Assembly (NCBI GenBank): GCA_032654565.1
Contig: JAULAX010000013.1
Location: 64,001 to 128,000, forward strand
Reading direction: 5' to 3'
From: Anaeromyxobacteraceae bacterium
GTDB lineage: Bacteria > Myxococcota > Myxococcia > Myxococcales > Anaeromyxobacteraceae
DNA: 64,000 nucleotides
How positions within the stretch are numbered: the first letter of the stretch is position 1; every line of letters begins with the position of its first letter. Below, piece after piece: positions 63,218 through 64,000 of this stretch. The notes beneath the pieces were generated by a model. The model worked only from the letters and a program-made list of their open reading frames with translations, did no database searches and was not told where the DNA came from. The position numbers and the translations under genes were made by a program.

Positions 63218-64000
63218 ATGAACCCCAACGTCCAGCGCGCCCTCGACGAGCTGCCCGCCGAGCCCGGCTGCTACCTGATGAAGGACGGCGCCGGGACGGT
63301 GGTCTACGTCGGCAAGGCCTCCAGCCTCCGCGGCCGGGTCCGCAGCTACTTCGGCGCCCCCCGCCCCGACGAGCGGGCCTTCGTGGCCCTGCTCGACGAG
63401 CTGCTCGGGGGCATCGAGGTGATCGTCACCCGCTCCGAGAAGGAGGCGGTGCTCCTCGAGAACCAGCTCATCAAGAAGCACCGGCCGCGCTTCAACGTGG
63501 TGCTGCGGGACGACAAGGACTTCATCGTCCTCAAGCTCGACCTGGGCCACCCGCACCCGCGCCTCGAGGTGCGCCGGGCCCGCGAGGCCCGCGATCCCGG
63601 GGCCCGCTACTTCGGCCCGTACGGCTCGGCCTGGTCGATCCGCGAGACGCTCAAGCTCATCAACCGCCACTTCCAGCTCCGCACCTGCACCGACCACGTC
63701 TTCGACACCCGCAAGCGGCCCTGCATCCTCTACCAGATCAAGCGCTGCCCGGCCCCCTGCGTCTACCAGCTGCCGGACGGCCAGTACCAGGCCAGCATCG
63801 ACGACGCGGTGGCCTTCCTGGAGGGGCGCGAGCCGGAGCTGGCGACCCGCCTCGAGGCCCGCATGAAGGAGGCGGCCGCGGCGCTCGACTTCGAGGCGGC
63901 GGCGCTGCTGCGCGACCAGCTCCAGGCGGTGGCGCGGAGCCTGGAGACGCAGCGGGTGCTGATGGGCGACGGCGCCGACCGCGACATCATCGGCCTGCAC
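63218..64000 (+). CDS. uvrC: excinuclease ABC subunit C (5' part, runs off the window)
   Basis: [25 protein letters not shown] (GIY-YIG), LENQLIK..PRFN, YFGPY, C..YQIKRC.APC, UVR domain; not in the ORF track because there is no stop in the window. Confidence 0.96.
   Translation, partial: MNPNVQRALDELPAEPGCYLMKDGAGTVVYVGKASSLRGRVRSYFGAPRPDERAFVALLDELLGGIEVIVTRSEKEAVLLENQLIKKHRPRFNVVLRDDKDFIVLKLDLGHPHPRLEVRRAREARDPGARYFGPYGSAWSIRETLKLINRHFQLRTCTDHVFDTRKRPCILYQIKRCPAPCVYQLPDGQYQASIDDAVAFLEGREPELATRLEARMKEAAAALDFEAAALLRDQLQAVARSLETQRVLMGDGADRDIIGLH

Overview
Very GC-rich bacterial chromosome segment. Gene content and order (cdnL/carD-ispDF-cysS-uvrB-uvrC, DUF6178, cysteine-rich lipoprotein, Ser/Thr kinase) point to Myxococcota, most likely Anaeromyxobacter-like (inference). 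Most of the window is housekeeping: mltG/ruvX, infA, mgsA, gcvT-H-PA-PB, folD, rpmB, purMN, accD-folC, lptD-like, serA, hisZ, purA, comEC, ispDF, cysS, uvrB, uvrC. Features worth a second look: (1) an orphan two-gene unit with a sigma54-type promoter, encoding a T3SS translocator/needle-like protein and a SycD/LcrH-like TPR chaperone, with no secretion machinery in the window; (2) an accessory interval between cysS and uvrB, where two ~62-bp imperfect direct repeats bracket an aspartyl-protease gene and an HNH nuclease gene carries an internal nested palindrome; (3) a ~430-bp element between convergent genes, bounded by inverted hairpins with identical loops but different stems and containing 43-bp tandem repeats; (4) a CHASE2 cyclase-CRP-phosphodiesterase cAMP module; (5) an IS5-family element inserted at a stop codon, a 13x15-bp coding VNTR and a frameshifted hisZ. 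No tRNA, rRNA or CRISPR array was seen. All calls come from motif recognition by eye; no database searches were run.
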